Under the pieces are notes generated by a model. The model had not been told where the DNA came from and did not search any database. It saw nothing but the letters and a program-made list of their open reading frames with translations. A stretch of DNA of 63,458 nt, the filler included, from Choristocarpus tenellus KU-1152 (lineage: Eukaryota > Protista > Phaeophyceae), in assembly GCA_964200185.2 (NCBI GenBank). It is 10 parts of 10 records of this genome, joined end to end, with 100 filler letters (N's around TTAATTAATTAA, not from the genome) between each part and the next. Parts side by side here need not be neighbours in the genome. Positions count along the whole stretch, not along the records: positions 45,425 to 52,910 come from CAXNAD020006082.1; positions 53,011 to 56,985 come from CAXNAD020016837.1; positions 57,086 to 63,458 come from CAXNAD020008280.1; 7 more parts are not named here. One strand, written 5' to 3'. The position numbers and the translations under genes are program-made. Below are positions 52,501 to 63,458 of this stretch, in pieces (the stretch's first letter is position 1; each line of letters opens with the position of its first letter).

Positions 52501-52872
52501 AAGGAGTTTAGGAAAATTTGGTTGTCTGGGGGGTAGTGATGGAGAAGATTATCCAAATGTGGTATTGTTAATATTTTGTCGATCCAGATGTGCTTTTATG
52601 TGATTCCTTGGTTTGATTGTCGTAGTGATCCTTGTTAGATTTGAACATCATTTCATTTGTCACCCCTTTCCCCTTCATATTTATTGCACCAACATACCTG
52701 CTCTTTCTTATTTTTTTAATGGATATCATGCTACCCTTCCAGATTGCATACACATATAGACATGCACGCTGCATAACCTGTACCTCTTTTGTAAATACTG
52801 GTGTGGTCTTTGTCAGGTATGGGTGGGATGGGCGGAATGGGTGGCTTGGATTATGAAGATGAAGATGAAGAG
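49588..52872 (+). CDS. SBA1/PTGES3: Hsp90 co-chaperone p23 (CS domain plus Gly/Met-rich acidic tail), 3'-truncated at the linker
   Basis: Exons 49588-49709, 50301-50364, 50920-51009, 51479-51554, 52209-52346 and 52817-52872 are all in phase: APVKWAQRVDSIYLTL...FWARLLK|DK...VKIDWNKYVDEDD...FDMSALDGG...GMGGLDYEDEDEE. Confidence 0.95.
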
Positions 52873-53085
52873 GTACATCTCCCATTCCTATGCCCTTCTA
52901 CCCACCCACCNNNNNNNNNNNNNNNNNNNNNNNNNNNNNNNNNNNNNNNNNNNNTTAATTAATTAANNNNNNNNNNNNNNNNNNNNNNNNNNNNNNNNNN
53001 NNNNNNNNNNGTGAATTGCAAAAGATTGGAAATCTGGCTTTTAATACAAAAATGGCAAAACCTGGGTATCTCTCGTTTACGTTGA

Positions 53086-53249
53086 GGCTCAAAGTATCTG
53101 TGGGGGGGGGGGCTGGCTGTCCATTTGGGGCAAATTTTTCCATGTCGCGATTTTTGGGTGAATTGGTTGGTTGTAAGTGCACTTCTATTGTTCAGTGGCC
53201 AAATGGACACCCTGCTGTAGACTCCCCCCTCCCCCAGATACTTTGAGCC
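53086..53249 (+). mobile_element. MITE family B, full copy within a TRM13 intron
   Basis: GGCTCAAAGTATCTGTGGGG...CCCCCAGATACTTTGAGCC. Confidence 0.9.
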
Positions 53250-53330
53250 TTACTCAATATTCAACTTCAACTCAAACCAAAAACTATGCGACCCTGCATC
53301 TTCTTGTTGCCAACATTGATCTCAACTCAC

Positions 53331-54392
53331 CAGGTTTGATAGAAAGTCCCTTCCAACGTAGTCTTCCCACATACACCTATGATGGCAACAGGTAGCAATA
53401 GCCACCCCTCCAATCTTCCCCCTTACTCGCCCCTCGCCCTCCTGGAGACCATGCCCATACTCAACAGATGGGCAAGACTCCGACTCAGCGACAACGCCCT
53501 CCCCTTCTCGAAAAACCTCTTGCTTCATCTGCAAGGATTCAATCTGGCTTGTGCTCAGACCTTGGCAGGCAGAAGCTATATGATTACTCCTGGTGGACTC
53601 CAGACCAAGAAGAGCCCTGTGATGGGGAAAGTCCACAATAGAGGTCAGAGGGATTGAAGTTCTGTTTCGTGCATGGAGGCATTTACAGTGTTGAGTTGAT
53701 GCTATTTCAGGTAACAAAAATTGTTCATGAGGAGAATTTCAACTATTACAAAAGAAATCCAGCAGCAGCGCCCAATGTTCACTGGGGTCGTATTATCTGG
53801 AATAGACACAGTCCAAAAAATGTGTTGAATTTGTACACTCAACGGACCCCTGCATAAGCACACATGGAAGGAGGGACTTACCTCTATTTCCTTTAGGAAG
53901 CACTGACTGTGGTATGTGCATATGTGTTGTGCTCACACAAAATCTGCACATGCAGTGTAACATGTCCAACGGGGTAAAGTGCATCTTGTGTGTACATCCA
54001 TAGTACCACAAAATACGTCTTTGCAAAAAACTCCCCATACTGTATTTGAGCAACACCATTATTTGAGTCTGAAAGACGCAGTACAAACAGCAATATTAAA
54101 ACCAATAGGAAAGCCTGCATATTCACATGTAACCAAAACAACTGCCACTTCCTCCACTACCTACATCTTGGCATTATTACCCAATCCTCTCAGCTCACTT
54201 CAAGGCAAGATCAGTGGCCAGTCCGCACAGGTGCTTAGCCACCACCACAGCAGGGTTCCCTGTTGATTCCAGGAGGGGCAACTTTGACATGTTCAGGTCC
54301 CTAATGTCAATACGAGCTTTGTGAGTCCGCCGGGCAAGATGGAGACTATCCAAGCCTTTGTCAGAGATGCTCCCACCGAGGTGGTTCTCAGC
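53331..54392 (-). CDS. TRM13: tRNA:m(4)X 2'-O-methyltransferase TRM13, two internal exons
   Basis: Exons 54392-54199 and 53616-53331 are in phase: RIDIRDLNM...VVVAKHLCGLATDLALK|...GVAIATCCHHRCMWEDYVGRDFL. These are TRM13 signature motifs. I could not locate upstream or downstream exons. Confidence 0.9.
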
Positions 54393-54445
54393 CTATACAC
54401 AGAAAAGAGACGAGGAAGGGAGGAAATGCTCAGTAACAGAGATGC

Positions 54446-54495
54446 TATCATTATCATTATTATTACTATTATCATCATCATCATCATCATCATCA
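54446..54495. repeat. (ATT/ATC)n microsatellite in an intron
   Basis: Visible directly; it explains the poly-I and poly-M ORFs in the track. Confidence 0.9.
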
Positions 54496-56782
54496 CAAAT
54501 CATAATCTGACCTGTACAGACCAGTGGTCAGAAGACAAAATGGAGAGAGGTGACAGCATTATGATTTAGGTAGGGTCCTTTCACAATAGTAGGCAGGTTC
54601 CCAACAATAGTAATCTGGAAATTTCCTGCCTTCCTCCGACTAAGAAATTGGCCTTTAACTGAGGGGCAAGACCCCAACACATTAACCATGAAATGTGCAG
54701 GTATATACTCATTCCGTCAACAAATCTTTTCTTCATACTCATAACGCGCTGCTGACAAATCCAAAACCTATTCAAAATTACACGATCACAACTTTTCCTT
54801 GCATATGATCCCAACACCAGAAATAAACAAAAGAAAAAGACATAAAATCAAGACCAACAAAAAGACAGGAAGAGTAAGAGAACTCTACAATGCTTTCATT
54901 TGATGCTTTGGAGCATACAGATAATATAAATATCAGTAGTAGAACACAACCTGGTGTGGGGAAGGATTGTAATTTCTGACTATAGAAGGGGGAGATGTAT
55001 GCAAGAGCTTTGGACGAGTGATTGTTTGGGAACTTAGGGTTGGAGATTAAGGAGAACGTCAAGGAAAAGGAACACATTTCAGTGTATCAAGACCAGTATC
55101 AGAGAAGAAACCCTGTCAAGGGTAGAGAGTAGTGTATTCTAAAATATAGGGTTTGGGGGAAATTGGGGATGGTTGGTCACGGGCACAGTGGGAGAAAATC
55201 TGGGCAGTAGAACTACGTATGTACATTTCAAGCACTTAGTACAATCAATGTACTTTGAAATACCTCTTGACGACAGCACTGGAGAGAAAATTGCACACCC
55301 AAATGAGAAAAATGGATGAAATCGGCAAATCGTTTAGCTTGTAAGCACAGTGGTGGCGGCAGGACAGTAAGAAGATGTAAGGCACAAAAAGGAAACCATT
55401 GACGGAACAAAGCTAGACCTATACATAATACCGTCAAGGGTGCCACTCACGACCTAACCACTCTGTTAGTTGATTTCCGTTTAGACATTGGTGTGGTGAT
55501 GAGTGTGGCAGGAGGGAGGACAATGAGTTAATAAAAAAAGGGGGCAAAGCATTCGATGCCATCCCTCAAGTAGCAACAAGACTTTAAACTGTTCGCACAT
55601 TTCCATGTGTTGGGTGTTTACTACCGAAGATTGAGCTTTGCTCAAAAGTTCTCTGTGCCTACATTGCCCACTTATCAACACAATTAATGAATGTCACCAC
55701 TGCAAACACTTGGACTGTGGTTCACTTGGATAGTGGTTCGTTCCCCTGACACTCACTTACTCAAGTCAAGTCTGATAATCGCAATTCAAATTTGGCTTCG
55801 ACCAGGTGGACAGTCAACAGTAGTATCGTCCTTCCAGGGGCGCTACCTTAATATTTTCTTCTCCTCTTCTTTTTGACCTGCTTAACACAGCGAACTATTC
55901 CACAGAGTTACAACATTTCTCCCCTCCCCTCAATGTCACCAAAGGACACATGGGGTCCTTACAGAGCCTTTCATTTCTTTGAAGTCTTGCCTATCACACT
56001 GGCATTAGTGATACTGATCAACTCTACTAGCATATCACATCCAGCGAAGCATACCTAGATCCCATTTCACAGAGCTCACCAGGGTACAAGCCTTCATACA
56101 TCATTTTCAGTATCAATTTGTACACGTCCATATTGTTAGACAGGTCCTTCTCTGACTCCTGTTTCTAGTGTTCTGCAACAAGCTGAATCTTCATACTGTC
56201 TCCATGTCGAACTATTGACAGAAAAAACATGAGCTCCCCCCCTGACTTTATCAGGGAAAATCCCCACAACGTCCTCCCACAAAATCAGACTTAAGTAGGC
56301 ACTTTCTTACGACAGTCCCCAAAGTCAAGTCAACTAAGCTCATCAATGACACTATTGACCGGACTGGAGAAGGAGCTGCAACACAGTGGGCATGTGTCCA
56401 ACAGTGATTTTAACCTTGCTGAAACTGCAAACTTGTGACAAAGTGAAGGTTGCTAGGTGTGAATGCTATATGGCAGATCGGGCTCTCTGGTGTTGCTGTT
56501 ACTGACCGAGGCTCAGGGATACTGGTGTAGTCACTGATACTTGAAAAGTACCTTTGCTTCGCTTTGCTTCATTAAGTTCTTCTGTGTTTAGTAAGACTGA
56601 GTGAAACAAAATTGATACTACTGTGTAGATTCATTCTCAGTGTGGCAGAGCTGGAAGGATAAGAGAGTGTAATGGGCTACCTCAAGGGGACAACCTCACC
56701 GTCTAATACCCGTGACTCCCCTGCCTGCAGCCGTCAGACCCACGTTTTGAATTCAACATATCCAGCAATTTTTGAGCTGAGT

Positions 56783-56985
56783 GAGTGAAAGTATCTTAGA
56801 GGATACGAATTTTGCCCTCTTTGTCCATTTGGGGCTTGGTTTTCCACGGGTTTTTCTTATCACATTTTCCTACTCCAAAATGTTTTGAAGTAGGTAAAAT
56901 GCGTATGTTATCAAAAGGTGTGTTCGGAACAAGGATATTGACACTTCCTAACAAACACAATAGCCAAAATTACATCAAAATCTCA
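56783..56985 (-). mobile_element. MITE family A, cut by a gap
   Basis: GAGTGAAAGTATCTTAGAGGATAC..., with internal palindrome CCTACTCCAAAATGTTTTGAAGTAGG. Confidence 0.9.
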
Positions 56986-57085
56986 NNNNNNNNNNNNNNN
57001 NNNNNNNNNNNNNNNNNNNNNNNNNNNNNTTAATTAATTAANNNNNNNNNNNNNNNNNNNNNNNNNNNNNNNNNNNNNNNNNNNN

Positions 57086-57156
57086 GATAGATCATTGCAA
57101 TTATTGATCTTGAACGAGGAATTCCTTGTAAACGCGAGTCATCAGCTCGCATTGAT

Positions 57157-57190
<34 letters not shown>

Positions 57191-57203
57191 ACCTACCGAT
57201 TGA
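57086..57203 (+). rRNA. 18S rRNA: 18S rRNA 3'-region fragment (truncated; pseudogene or misjoin)
   Basis: Contains the universal GATTACGTCCCTGCCCTTTGTACACACCGCCCGTCGC followed by ACCTACCGATTGA. Similarity ends abruptly at 57203. Confidence 0.93.
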
Positions 57204-57415
57204 TAGTCTCAATTACAAAGAAACAATGAGCGTATGCCCTATATCAAGTCTGTTCAAAGTAGAGTCCTATAGCATAGCCCAACACTCTCTGAAATGTATT
57301 TCATACGGACTGGCAAACTCTTAATGTGCGCAATGTCCTGGATGTTTACAAAGAAGACAACGCATGACAAAGGTCCTGCTCCCCTACCCTTCACCATTTG
57401 TGCAAGCCATCTCAC

Positions 57416-59573
57416 CCGTCCACCGCCGTCCCGGTCGGCCTCTACAAACATCTCCGCCACCTTGGTTGGCGATGCCTCTCCTGGACCACACACCTCTGAC
57501 AGAACCTTTTGTCAGTGAGTATATCAGTAAGGGAAGCAAGACTTGAGGCATAATACAGAGATGTGCCCTGCGATATGAACAGAAAGTTTTCAGCAACCCC
57601 TTTTGTCAAGGGGACCTCACAAGGACCTCCAAGACGTGAAAAAAAAGTAACTCCCGGAATAAGACAGGACCACTGTCCACTAATGAACATCCAAATACTA
57701 CCAGGGACGACAACATTGTGGACCAATGAAAAGGCAGGAATTCGTGGTGCACGCAAACCACACACAATTGACAACGATAATCAACCAATCAGCACCATTC
57801 ACAAATTCTCTTCAAACCAACCAGCATGCATCAAAACCCACCGAAGACAATTTTTGGGGTGATTCTATTCCCCTCCTCCATCCTGAGACACTCACCTCCT
57901 GCAGGTCCTCTTTTGTGAGGAATCCACGGCCCCTCTTGTCGAATGCCCTAAATATTTCTCGAACTTCCTCTGCTGGGTCCACCTGGGCAATGCGAACCGA
58001 CATAGACTCCAAGAAGAAGGTCTGAGTGACACCTGAAGGTGATAACGGTAGTCATTGCAATCATCACAGTGGTGATAGGGCCAAAATATACTTTATGAGG
58101 TCTTGAGGTAAAAGGCAACGTGTTGGCAGCCAGAGCAGGCCTGACTTCCACTCTTCCTCTACTCAAGGCAACAACATTAACATCACGCCCAAGGAGGACT
58201 CCACCCAACAAAAGTACAACATAATATTGCATCTGATGTTAATTTTGTAGCAGCCGGGATTGAAGACGTATATTGTCTCAAAAACTTGAAATGCTTTGCA
58301 AGCACTCCAACAATCACAAAAATTGCACTAGGCAGGTAGCTTATTCTGTTCTGTGGTGTTTGCCCTTGACAAAACAACTGGTGGCCTTCCTGCTGCTGCA
58401 CTACTGCGGCTACTTGTAAAGATTTTGGCATCAAACAACAAAACACAGTTTAAAAGCTTGTCTTACAACATGATTAAACATTTTGAAAGTATTGAGGAAG
58501 GTAAAAGGAGCACTGAAGATAGTAGGGACTTGCCAAAGAGTGTGAAGGCCCCATCACTTTTGGCAAGTAAGATTCACTGAAGGGGCACTCCAAACAAGTG
58601 CTCGGCAATGCATTGGATGATCATGGATCTTTGACTTAACAAAAGATGAAGGAAACAGTGTATCAGGGTTAAGTGAGCACTCAAGATCATACGAAAAACA
58701 TGAAGGAGAATGATAGAAACATGGCTAGAATTTTCCATGTTTAAAATTCACGTGGCAACACCACCTCTTTCACCAACCTGGACATGCTGGTTCCTGTACG
58801 ATCGCTGCGTCGAGCAGTCGCTTCACCTCGTACTGCATCGTGTATAAGTGGGTTGGGCAATTAGGTGACAAGTGTGGGTTAGATGACGTGAGTGCTTGCG
58901 TGTACAGCCAACTTGATTAGGGGCCTCCTGCAGAAACACGCTCCTCTCGTGCTGCAAATACGGTTGCGAGGAAAGACAACCCCCCTTGCATTGTTGATCG
59001 TTACCGCTGAATTTATCGTTTCTAACTTCTATCTTCTTTGCACAAGGATTTGGACAAGAAAATATAGATACGATCACCACACCACATCAAACACTGCAAA
59101 CCGTCAACCAAGTCACCTTCGTGGGACGGGATCCCGTAAGCGCTGTAATTGCGCACTTGAGATCATCCTTGTCCAAAAAACCTGAATACCACGAGCGAAG
59201 TTCATTAGCACGCACATATAGGATCACTAGGCGGGGTAGCGACAACACAGCCTGAACTCCATGCTCATCGTCCTTTACCGTGACCTCACCATCATCCCTT
59301 CTCTGGAAAATACATTTGTTAGGATTTCAAAAAGGGACACTGAAACACCCATTTCTCTTGATTCGTCACTTCAGCACCTTTCCCACCCTGGTCGAATGCC
59401 TGGAAGCAAGCCAATATTTCCCTCTCCTTCCTGGTACTGAGCCGATATTTTCGATCCTCCTTTACAGGACACAGCGTATGTAATCGCGACGTTGAAGCCT
59501 CAAATACCCCTCTCCTTCCAGTACCAGGAAGTAGCGGTGAGACACCTTCATTGGCACAACCACTCCCCTGCAT
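57416..59573 (-). CDS. EFCAB11: EF-hand calcium-binding protein, EFCAB11-like; last exon not seen
   Basis: Exons 59573-59378, 59181-59117, 58832-58778, 58032-57896 and 57505-57416 are in phase: EILACFQAFDQGGKG|FLDKDDLKCAITALTGSRPTK|YEVKRLL...|...EEVREIFRAFDKRGRGFLTKEDLQE|...AEMFVEADRDGGGR. The layout matches EFCAB11 as I recall it; the start codon is tentative. Confidence 0.82.
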
Positions 59574-60018
59574 TCACACTACTGAACCAGTCAACTTTGA
59601 AAAATAGCCTCTCCAAATAACGAAGTTGGGAATCATTATATTGACTATTGTTAATAGTGAGAGTGTACTTAATTTGAAATGTTGAACGTTGATTTTATTG
59701 ATACAATCAATTCTTGGAGTGTGAACAATTAGCCGTCCGGGTGTGAACAGATTGACCTACACATCCCCAATAATAGCGATAGGGAGCAGATTGAGTAAGT
59801 GGAAAGTCTTAAGAGAAACAACCACTTTTCCCATTTCTCGAGCTGCTGTCCCCATCTCAACTAACCAATGTAAGGTAATATCTGAGGGTCTTCCTCATTG
59901 TTCACGTAGGGATTTACGACACCATTACCAAATCCCAACACATACTATCCTGGTCACTATATTTTTTTCCAGTACTACAACACTCCCTTGATACAAGGAG
60001 TCGAGGAACTCGGAACCG
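59574..60018. promoter_or_regulatory. Putative bidirectional promoter
   Basis: 445-bp interval between divergent ATGs (59573 minus, 60019 plus), with an AT-rich core at about 59620-59720. Confidence 0.5.
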
Positions 60019-63000
60019 ATGACTTCTCTCCCGCCGGCGCCGCACCGGGTTGTCATCCGTGTGAAGCGGCAGCGTGTAGAGACGCCAATCGATAGCCTAC
60101 TTGTGGCCCCAGCCCCCGTCAAGCATATCGACATTGGAGGTTCTTCTACGTCAAGGAAGCGTGCTGCCGATGCCTCTTTTGCCGAGGCCTTTGTAACGCT
60201 CTCCATGGAAGACACCGTGCTTGCCCAATCTGAACGGAAATGCCCTGTTGCGAATTTTGATAATATAAATGGACAACACCTCCGGTACAAACGTTTCCGC
60301 ACTACTGGCGTGGACGGGACAAGTTCGGTGGGCGCTTCCATTCTTTGTAGTATGGCCCCTTGTTCGGAGCCGATTATTCCAGTCACTGGGTTGGAAGAGA
60401 CAAGGTATGAAACGGGTCCAAGGAATGGAACCGTCCAGGCTATGGGAGAGAGGATATGTGGAGAGCACTTGGACTTTCTCGAGGTAAGGCGACTCAAGGC
60501 AAAAGGGGTCTCCACCAGGGCTGCCAAAGTCGATACTGTGGGTGCTATGACAGGCCTATCAGAACAGGGAAACGCGACAAATGGTAAACCAGCCTCCGTC
60601 TCCACTGAGTTTCACGTTATCGACCTTGTGGGGTATAGGGGGTCAGATGAAAGGCGTTGTCTGGGGGATATTCAAGCGGAAGAGAATAGGTGCTTAGAAG
60701 GCCAAGATAAGAAGCCACAGCAACAACGGCGACCGGCTCCTGTGCTCAACCCAATGGAGCGCCTAGTGGATGAAGCAATATTCATGGTAAGAGGGTGTTC
60801 TTTAGTGTATGGTTCCATTCCACTCTGTGCTTCATTAAGACATTTCGCTCTATCTGGTTGTGGAAGATTTAATCAGATCAGTATTATCTTGCTGCATGCC
60901 AACAAGAAGATATATTGTGGCTGGCAATGGGCTCGTCAATTGAAGACAAGACCCACTGCTGGAGAGAGCATTGAGCATAGGAGGGTGCCGCTATGTTTGA
61001 AGCGGCTTGAGTAAGTTTGGGGAGTTTTTGCCCTTCTGTTCTTATCGGCATTGTTTATGTGGATAATGAGATCATTTGCATGACATTGAGACAGTGTTTT
61101 CAATAGCTCATTGTGCTTTTCATTGTCAGACATGCACCACTGGTACCATTCTCTTGCGTTGAATTGACTTCTACCTCTCTATCCTCCTTCCACACAAAAA
61201 GTACTGGTTTGGTTAGCCTAACAAACTGCACTTGACCCTTATTGATAACCTAGTTCTCATAAAATAGAAGATATCCCAAACTACAGCCTTCCTGCTTCTT
61301 ACCCTCATCAGTTCCTCTTTTTATACATTATCAGAGTGCCATGTGTTTCTGCATGTTTAAGCGCTGTTATTACAGTGAAGCCTCTTTCAAGAGTTGCTCC
61401 TTCCTCCCTCCACACTACACCAAACATTCAGTGAGCAAAGGTGTGATACTACTCTCAGAGCACCCTCTTTCTTGCCAGCAAAGAACGCTTCTGTATCTTC
61501 AATACTCTATTTCTGATGGTGTACTTCTATATTTGTAGTACGTTGCCACTTCCCCAAACTCCCTGTAAGGGTGGGATTACCAATGACGCCATGTGTCCTG
61601 ACTCCACTGTCCTCCTGTGTGCTTGTCCTATGAGGATTTATTTCTCAACTCTCTCTACAAGAACCACTAGCTTCTCCAGGCCACTCCTTTTTTGTTGCTA
61701 CCTTGACCTTCTACTTAAGATTTGAAAATCCTATACAAGGCTGTCTGTTACTAATACCCGTGTAAAATTTTTTCGGTAATTACTTGATGAGCCCCTAACC
61801 GTTGTGCCTTCACTGACCCACTCCATGACACACACCCTCCCCCCTCCTACCACAGTCTGTCAATGTCTTCTTCATTGCCTGTCCCTTCCCCACAGCCCCT
61901 CCAACCCCCCCGTCTCATGCCAAGGAACTCCCCACCAAGTCCTGATATGTACCCCTTCATCTGTTCTCTGCTCCATAGGCGTTTCAGGCCAAGGAGAACA
62001 CGCAAGCCCTACTCTCTGCTGTGTCATCTCATGTCAACTACCGTCGATGCCTTGGTGATGGCACAACTGCCCTCATGGCAGCCGCCTTCCAAGGAAACCT
62101 GACCATTGTGAAGCAACTACTTGATCTCCATGCCAGCCCTGGGATGCTTGATGCAAACGGGAGAGGTGCTGCAGACTTTGCGCTTGGTCGTGGGCACCTT
62201 GAGTGTGCAGCGGCAATCCACAAAGCAGCTGCTGAGGAGGGAGATGGCCCCAACAAGGGACTGAAGGATGCAGGCGGGGGTGGGGAGAAGGGTGGAGCTG
62301 GGGGAGGCTTTGTATATGACCTTTACTGCTTTCAGCCAGGTGTGACCAACACCGATGTGTTGGGGGGGGGCTTGGGAGTCTTAGGCACTGAGGGCACCTC
62401 CACTGCAACTGGGGCACCAACAGTTGGCAAGTCTGGTGGCACACCTCAGGTTTGACATGGAGCTCACAGAAGAGTGTGAAGATTGGATGAAAGAGAGGGT
62501 GGGAGAGAGAGGCTCTGGCAGTGTCTGTGTGTGAAAAGTAGGGACCTTTTTCCTCTGTGAATTAGATGCCAAGGAGAGCATGTATTGAAATGACTGGCCT
62601 GTGCATTGACTTTTGTGTGGCAAATGTAGTCCTGTGGATGCTGCCTTATCTCCTTGCCTACTGCTATTTAAAGTTCACCCAATTGATCCTAAGGAAGTTG
62701 CGCTGTTTGGCAGGCGATACAATCCCAGACTGGAGCTTTCAAGCACCTTGGTTCTTAAAGATGCTACCACTGTTGTCCTTAACTGTTAAATTATTTATTT
62801 CCTATCTTGTGCTTTTGAGGGGGGTCTTAGCATAGCTCTGATACAGAGCATGAAAAGGAACTGCTTTAATGGGATGCTCTTGATTGCTTCATATTATCCA
62901 TCCTCTCTAGCCCCTCTTGGCTATATACAGGAATCACAGCGACAGGGGTAAGCAGAGCAATGACCTGGCAGTGGTGAATCCTTCCTTCGAGTTAAGGACT

Positions 63001-63346
63001 CACAACCAAACCAAAACTTTCTGTTGTTGTACACAATTGATAGAGATAGTCACCTCATCCTTCACCCCTCTGCTCCCCTCGCACTCTCCTCTTTATCCCC
63101 TATCAACACCACAAACTTTGTTAGGGAAGAGAAACGAGCATGTCAGGAGTCCCTCTGATCCATCTGTCTGGAATTGGACCTGTATCGACAGGGGTAGAGG
63201 GCCTTACGGAAGGGGGAGTAGGGGTTGCAGAAGAAATGGAACTGGTGTTTGAGCACGAATCTGACTGGAGTGACCTGGGAAAGGGTGATAGGGATGATAC
63301 CTCTGATTCCAACGATGAAGGGTTTTACGCTAATGACTACCCTGAG
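60019..63346 (+). CDS. IWR1: IWR1/SLC7A6OS-like RNA polymerase II nuclear import factor with internal ankyrin repeats, 3'-partial
   Basis: Exons 60019-60786, 61979-62449 and 63125-63346 (phase 0). The N-terminal VVIRVKRQR..PIDSLLV, FVYDLY and DSNDEGFYANDYPE are Iwr1 motifs. DGTTALMAAAFQGNLTIVKQLL...DANGRGAADFALGRGHLECAAAI is ankyrin-like. Confidence 0.85.
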
Positions 63347-63458
63347 GTGACCAACAACCATGCCGTTTTTGGGGGTGGTTTGCGGATGAAGTATTGGAGA
63401 GGGGAGGGAGGGGGGGGGGGGGGGGGGGGGTGAAAAGGGGGGAGGGCACGGGACGGAA

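Noticed and set aside
59925-60605. 226-aa minus-strand ORF
   Set aside because: It is the antisense shadow of IWR1 exon 1 and has no independent motif.

Overview
Intron-rich eukaryotic nuclear DNA, most likely a stramenopile; the 18S fragment and gene set are compatible with a brown alga or close relative, which is an inference. The window is not one continuous sequence: ten pieces are joined by nine identical artificial 100-bp linkers (N44-TTAATTAATTAA-N44), so adjacency across a linker is unverified. Most ORF-track entries are noise. Manual GT-AG exon joining gives seven recognisable, mostly truncated genes: a protein with a C-terminal rubredoxin domain, TAF7, a NifU-like protein lacking CxxC, p23/SBA1, TRM13, an EFCAB11-like EF-hand protein, and IWR1/SLC7A6OS with an internal ankyrin module. 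There is also an intronic tRNA-Trp(CCA) and an isolated 18S rRNA fragment. Intergenic DNA is dense with nested transposon relics: Ty3/gypsy, Ty1/copia, two DD39D mariner pseudogenes, a probable LINE, and two small non-coding LTR (TRIM-like) structures. The most distinctive signal is about 18 copies or fragments of a MITE family with bipartite TIRs and 4-bp target-site duplications, two of which sit in mariner transposase relics. I found no CRISPR array or prokaryote-type system. The best novelty candidates are this MITE family, the tandem TRIM-like array, the IWR1-ankyrin architecture and the A31:C39 tRNA-Trp.
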